Shown here piece by piece: positions 59,168 through 64,000 of a stretch of DNA of 64,000 bases; positions within the stretch are counted from its first letter, which is position 1, and the number at the start of each line of letters is the position of its first letter. The DNA is taken from assembly GCA_046563655.1 (NCBI GenBank), contig CM102285.1, forward strand, positions 5,580,001 through 5,644,000. The letters are read 5' to 3'. Position numbers and translations under genes: made by a program. A model generated the notes under the pieces. That model was not told the origin of the DNA. It did no database searches and saw only the letters and a list, made by a program, of their open reading frames with translations. The DNA is from Yuukianura sp. NJ FZ-2021 (Eukaryota).

Positions 59168-59934
59168 ATGAATCGCTTGATTTTTGCTACTTTCTGCGTT
59201 GCACTCGTTTTTGTACTTTTCGAAAATTCAAGCGGTGATTCTCCTAAAGGTAATCAATCAACTACCGTTGCCAATTTTCCCCCCGAACTCTAAAACTAAA
59301 TTTCTAAAACCTAACGCTATTTCTAATGTGCTAATTTCATATTTTTCTTCTAAATTTGAAATTTGGAATTTTTGAAATTTTTATTTCGAAGTTAAGGACG
59401 CATGTTTTTCGAAACCGTGTCCTCCTGGACAAACTTGTGTCAATGAGCCCAAACAATGCGTCACCACTCCATGCCTTCAGTACAAATGCAACCCACGGAC
59501 TGTCAGTAAGTCGTGTTATTGAAAAATTTGCAGTGTTGAAATAAAAAAAAAATCAAATCTGCCAAATGTCAAAAATTTATCTTCAATTCACGGAAACCTA
59601 ACCTAACTTACGTGGTCATGGAGTCTGAGCGATATAAACAATTCATCTAAAAATGGTTTTCATGTTTGGCTTGTTGTATTTAGGGCCTTGTGAAACAATG
59701 AAGTGTCGTGCTGGCTACCGTTGTGAAAATAATATCAAGTGCTCAGGTAAAGTGTGCGGGGAGGTAGGAGAGTGTGTTCCAGATCCAGATCAAGGAACGA
59801 CAGCCAAATGTCCATCTACGGAAGGAACGTTTTCAACCTGCGACATCGAGGATTGCACAGAAAGTGGATGTGGGAAGGGGTTGATGTGCTGCCCTAAAGC
59901 TTGCGGTGGATCATCCTGTGTGAATCCAGCTTAA
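59168..59934 (+). CDS. Small secreted Cys-rich protein with C-terminal WAP (four-disulfide core) domain, 3 exons
   Basis: Exon 1 MNRLIFATFCVALVFVLFENSSG (signal); exon 2 ACFSKPCPPGQTC...CVTTPCLQYKC; exon 3 KCP...C...C...CGKGLMCCPKACGGSSCVNP. Confidence 0.78.
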
Positions 59935-60501
59935 GTCAACTGAGGATGCAAAAAAAAAAAATCTAGGAAATAAATTTTGCTAGCGACTACTCTTTAGGTT
60001 GACTAGAATAACTTGAATCAGCCAACCTTATCTAACCTATAAAACATATAATAAATCTAACGTGGGTTCGGATTTTCAAACACAAAATCACGATTGAAAA
60101 AGAAAAACAACAAATTTTGGAAAATTTTGACCAAGAAGGACAATCTAATTAAATAGTTCTGCTAAGTTAGACAAGAAAATCGAAAAAAAAATATTTGAGA
60201 AAGAGTTCATTATACTATTTAATGCTGACAAAGGCTTCAGAGTCACTTCAAAGAATATGAGTTCTCTGATTTATTTTCGTCCTCATAAAACTCCAGCGGA
60301 ACTTGGTTTCGCAAGTTGAAATTAACATACTGGATTTCCTAAGGCATTAAACCAATGCAAAGAAAGTTAAACACAAAAAGTAAATAAAAAAAATCACTGA
60401 AATCCTACGTTACACAAACGTTCCCAATTGGAACAAAGCCTATGTTAGTCTTAAGACCAAAAACTATAAGAAAACGTTAAGATTTCACAATGACTCATAT
60501 T

Positions 60502-60698
60502 CAGACTTGCCAAAAATATTTAGTTCCTATGCCTGTGATGTTAAGAGAATCAATACTTCGGACCTTTCTGTTGGTAAATATTTATTTATTTACTCATGCC
60601 TTTACTGCTAAGTTTGGAAATATTTTGAACTTTGTCAGTAAATATTGCATTTATTTAAATACTTCGCTGGCTTTTAGTACATATTTTTGGCAATTCTG
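60502..60698. mobile_element. hAT-type MITE, third copy
   Basis: CAG...CTG ends with a perfect 8-bp TSD ctcatatt. Confidence 0.8.
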
Positions 60699-61044
60699 CT
60701 CATATTCTATAAACTGGTTCTGAATTCGCAGTGTGATGAAGATGCAATCTGAAACTGCTTATTCGAATGTTGTTGAAAACCTTGTTGTAGGTCATTTCAA
60801 AGTCATGTCGTCGAAAAGACGCTGTTCGATAGAGATGACGGGATAAGGTTAATATTCAAGGTGGAGAATGAATTCCCAATTCTCCGGAACAAAGAGACTA
60901 AATTCAGCGCTTGCTTTATTGAGCAGTTGGAGATTGGTAGAAGGAGAGTAAACAACGCTTAAGTTTCTGTTTTAGTTTCACAAGAAAGGAAATCGAAGTT
61001 TTTACACGGTTTTGCAAATCTTTTGCAAACGACGTAACAAAAAA

Positions 61045-62036
61045 ATGACGGCCAACTACCAATACGCCAGTCATGTCAAGTTTGTCGGAATTTTGGAAAT
61101 TGTGAGAACTTTAATTATATAAATGTATATATACATAATTCATAAAAAAAGGAATCAAACAACAATATTTCCTAGAAAGTTAAATGCAGAAACAACTTTT
61201 AAGAAAAAAAAGGTTCATTAAAAATCTGAAAACTCAAATATTTCTCTGATGTTAGACTTTCCATAAAATTTTCACAGATTTTTCAAGTTTTGTCGACGCT
61301 CGTAGTATTTGTTGCGGTGGTGATGGGAGCACTGGGAGCTGGTGCCATTTCTTCTGTAAAAAGTCGCAACCAGTACCCGTCAAACACAATTCACATTGAC
61401 GACACCGCAGCCCGTGATGCAGAAAATCAAGGTTGCTATAGCAACCAATCTACAAATAGTCTACAAGGTGTAGAATAAACAATTTGTTTTTTTTGTTTAC
61501 CCACCTTGCAGAAAATGCAGTTTCTGGAAATATGATTGCTGGTGTAGTCATTCTTGGTAAGCACGAAATCAGTTGAACAAATTTTGAAAAATTGTCAAAA
61601 ACTGGAAGTGTTAAATAACTTCTGTGTTCTACAGTTCTGGTGATGATTTTTCAAGCGTGGATGGTGCACTTGGTGTTCTCTGGCGGACAAAAGGTTAGGT
61701 TTGCAAAACACGAAATATTATGTGTTAACATGAACAACAACAATTGCACACAAAAATTAGAAAACCAAATATTTGTTTTTCCAAAAAATTTTTTTTTTGT
61801 TTTTCAAGCAAAATGCTGGCCGTCTCACGATTTGGTACATTATTCAGTCAGTCTTTACTGCTTTCAATGTCCTTGGCATGATTGGTGTCCTTATGTCTGA
61901 GTTGCCATGGTTTTGCAGCCTTATCGGCATCCTGCAACTTGCTTACCGAATCTACTCCATCCATGTCGTTCGCTACCATGCTGCCGAGATTAACGAGTAT
62001 GTCAACAGCCGTTTTTCTGTTCACAACCAAATTTAA
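61045..62036 (+). CDS. Small four-transmembrane protein of unknown function, 5 exons
   Basis: In-phase GT-AG exons give MTANYQYASHVKFVGILEI|IFQVLSTLVVFVAVV...|NMIAGVVIL|VLVMIFQAWMVHLVFSGGQK|QNAGRLTIWYII...YRIYSIHVVRYH. Confidence 0.68.
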
Positions 62037-63105
62037 AACATGTCATCCCTAACTGCACAATTGTAAATAACTGCACAAGTTTAATTGGGACAAGACTTTC
62101 TTTTTAATATTTTACTCTCTCAGTGTCTCAGTTAATTAAACTGAAAATGTTTGTTTCCTTATATTAAGTAGCGAAAGCTACTTGCTGGTATTGGCATTGT
62201 CTGTCTGTATAGTCTGGCCGTTCGTCAGCGGCGTTTATTTCGAAAACGGTTCAACATTTCTAGAATCTGATTTACATCTGAGCGTAAGGGACACGGAGGT
62301 GTTCAATATTGAGTTTCATCCCAGTGGTCAACTTACGGGTCAAAGGTCGAGGTCAAATGGTTTCATCCATGGCAACACGGGAAATGACCTCTACAAAACT
62401 TTTTCATCTCAACTTAATTGACATTAAGGAAGGATGATTTGGCACAATTTGACAAAACTCCGCTAGCTTTTTCGTTTGACCCGAGTATGACCTAGCGCTT
62501 CAAGTTAATTTCGTGATACGTAAGCATCACGGGTTTCTGGCTAGTTGAATAGAAAATGTATTGTAAAGGCTGGGATGCTTGGCCCCCCCCCCCCCCCTGC
62601 TTTTGAGTTGGGATGGAATTTTTGGAAATATGTGCTTGGAGGAGTAGGTGCACCCTATGATCCTCCACTCTTCCAAGCAGGGCGTTTTTTCTACATATAG
62701 TTTTCATTGCCATGCTATTAGCATGGTCAATTAGAGTATGATGAAACCCTTGATGGAGATATGCTGTCCCTCCAGTCGAAATTAGTGATGCTGACAAGGT
62801 TCCATCTATAATAGAAGTCTCAGTTTATAGTAAGCCCCATCCGTCCTCCCTCCCCCTACCAAAGGTTACGTAATCCAACAAACAGTTCCTACTTCTTGGA
62901 CTGTCACGGACGTATCCAGCAGCAAAGAAGTCAATCTTCATTCTTCAAGAAGTCAAGACTTACATTGTTGTTACATATTAATAATCGAAGTTGTTAGTTC
63001 AAAGTGTAGTTCTCTCACTCAATCAGTATGAGTGACACAAGACCACTAACCGGGCAGGTAAAGTGTTCCGCTGGAACGATGATGCAGTGTAACCGAGAGC
63101 CGGCG

Positions 63106-64000
63106 ATGTCAGTCACAAAATTTGAAAATTTTTTGAACCGGATTGGGCTGCAAGATTTCATCAAAGCGTTTGCCGGTAAGAAAGTGGGTACTGGGTTATC
63201 AGCATGAGGGAGGAAACCGCTAAATATTCCTCGACAAAATTTTAGCTGGATTTACATATCCAGCTCTGTGTATCCAGATATGTGTCAAATTCGACAGATC
63301 TAGAAATACACAAACACCACTAAAATTCAGGTTTTACTTCCCTCAGTGTACAACCAGCTGTCAATTTAGGCGCAATTGTAATTATTGGGTAGTAATGGAT
63401 TGAGTTGAAATTTCAATTGGATGTCCCGTACGATGTTACGGATACATCGTTGGTTTACTTCAAGCGAGTTTCCCCAAAACAAAATTCCAAGATTAGGTCT
63501 AACGTCTGTCTAACGTCTAGATTTCGAACGTTAGAAAAAGCATGTGAGATACGATTCAATTCGAGGCAGAATTTCTGTTCTACTTTTTGTTTCATGTCTC
63601 TTTCACGCATCAGGATTCCGTTTGTGTGCTTATGATTAGATACGTTTTTATTCCGACACATCTGGATTTCAGTTGTGTTCTAATTAGTTTTAGGCGTATC
63701 GAAGTTTCCGCATCAGGAAATCAGATTTTGTCAAGGAATATTGTAGATTTTCTCCCCTCATACATCTGCGATGAGAAATATAATTACTAATACTAATTAA
63801 GACTTCAATTTTAGTTAGTCAGTCGAGGGATATATTCACATAAACTCATTCGTTTATCTTTTCTGATTCTCATTAACAGATCAAGCCGTAGATATGGAAT
63901 CTCTTCTGGCCTTTACTAACGATGAATTGAAGGCGTTTGTCCCAAGAATCGGTTACTGGAGTAGACTCTGTACGGCACTAGAGCGATACAGGAATGGAAT
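63106..64000 (+). CDS. 5' part of a SAM-domain protein; exons 63106-63175 and 63880-window end
   Basis: Spliced MSVTKFENFLNRIGLQDFIKAFA|DQAVDMESLLAFTNDELKAFVPRIGYWSRLCTAL fits the SAM pattern. Confidence 0.7.

Noticed and set aside
62163..62500. Second HINE-like family (taagtagcgaaagctact start, also at ~52631)
   Set aside because: Similarity is visible but the boundaries could not be fixed by eye.

Overview
AT-rich eukaryotic genomic DNA with short GT-AG introns. It is probably an arthropod (inferred from a dmrt99B-type gene), and it runs from a repeat-rich block into ordinary gene space. Bases 1-510 hold a Gypsy integrase fragment with the 3' end of a Helentron-associated (DINE-1/HINE-like) element inserted in it. 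A ~248-bp satellite (518-5632) abuts a second, 132-bp satellite (5638-31817) that has captured a Tc1/mariner-type MITE and amplified it about 29 times. A 9.6-kb Polinton/Maverick (adintovirus-like) element sits in this second satellite at 6303-15927, with AG...CT ends, identical TIRs and a 5-bp AAAAT target duplication. It keeps open ORFs for penton, major capsid, protease, integrase and packaging ATPase. Its pPolB is deleted down to the C-terminus, and it carries three nested insertions: a HINE in the left TIR, a TTAA-flanked element, and a 163-bp TG..CA element with a tRNA-like B-box. The remainder holds host genes: TAMM41, a NIDO+VWA protein, a dmrt99B/DMRTA gene, a WAP-domain peptide, a four-TM membrane protein and the start of a SAM-domain gene, plus several MITEs. 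All calls come from reading motifs by eye; no database searches were run.
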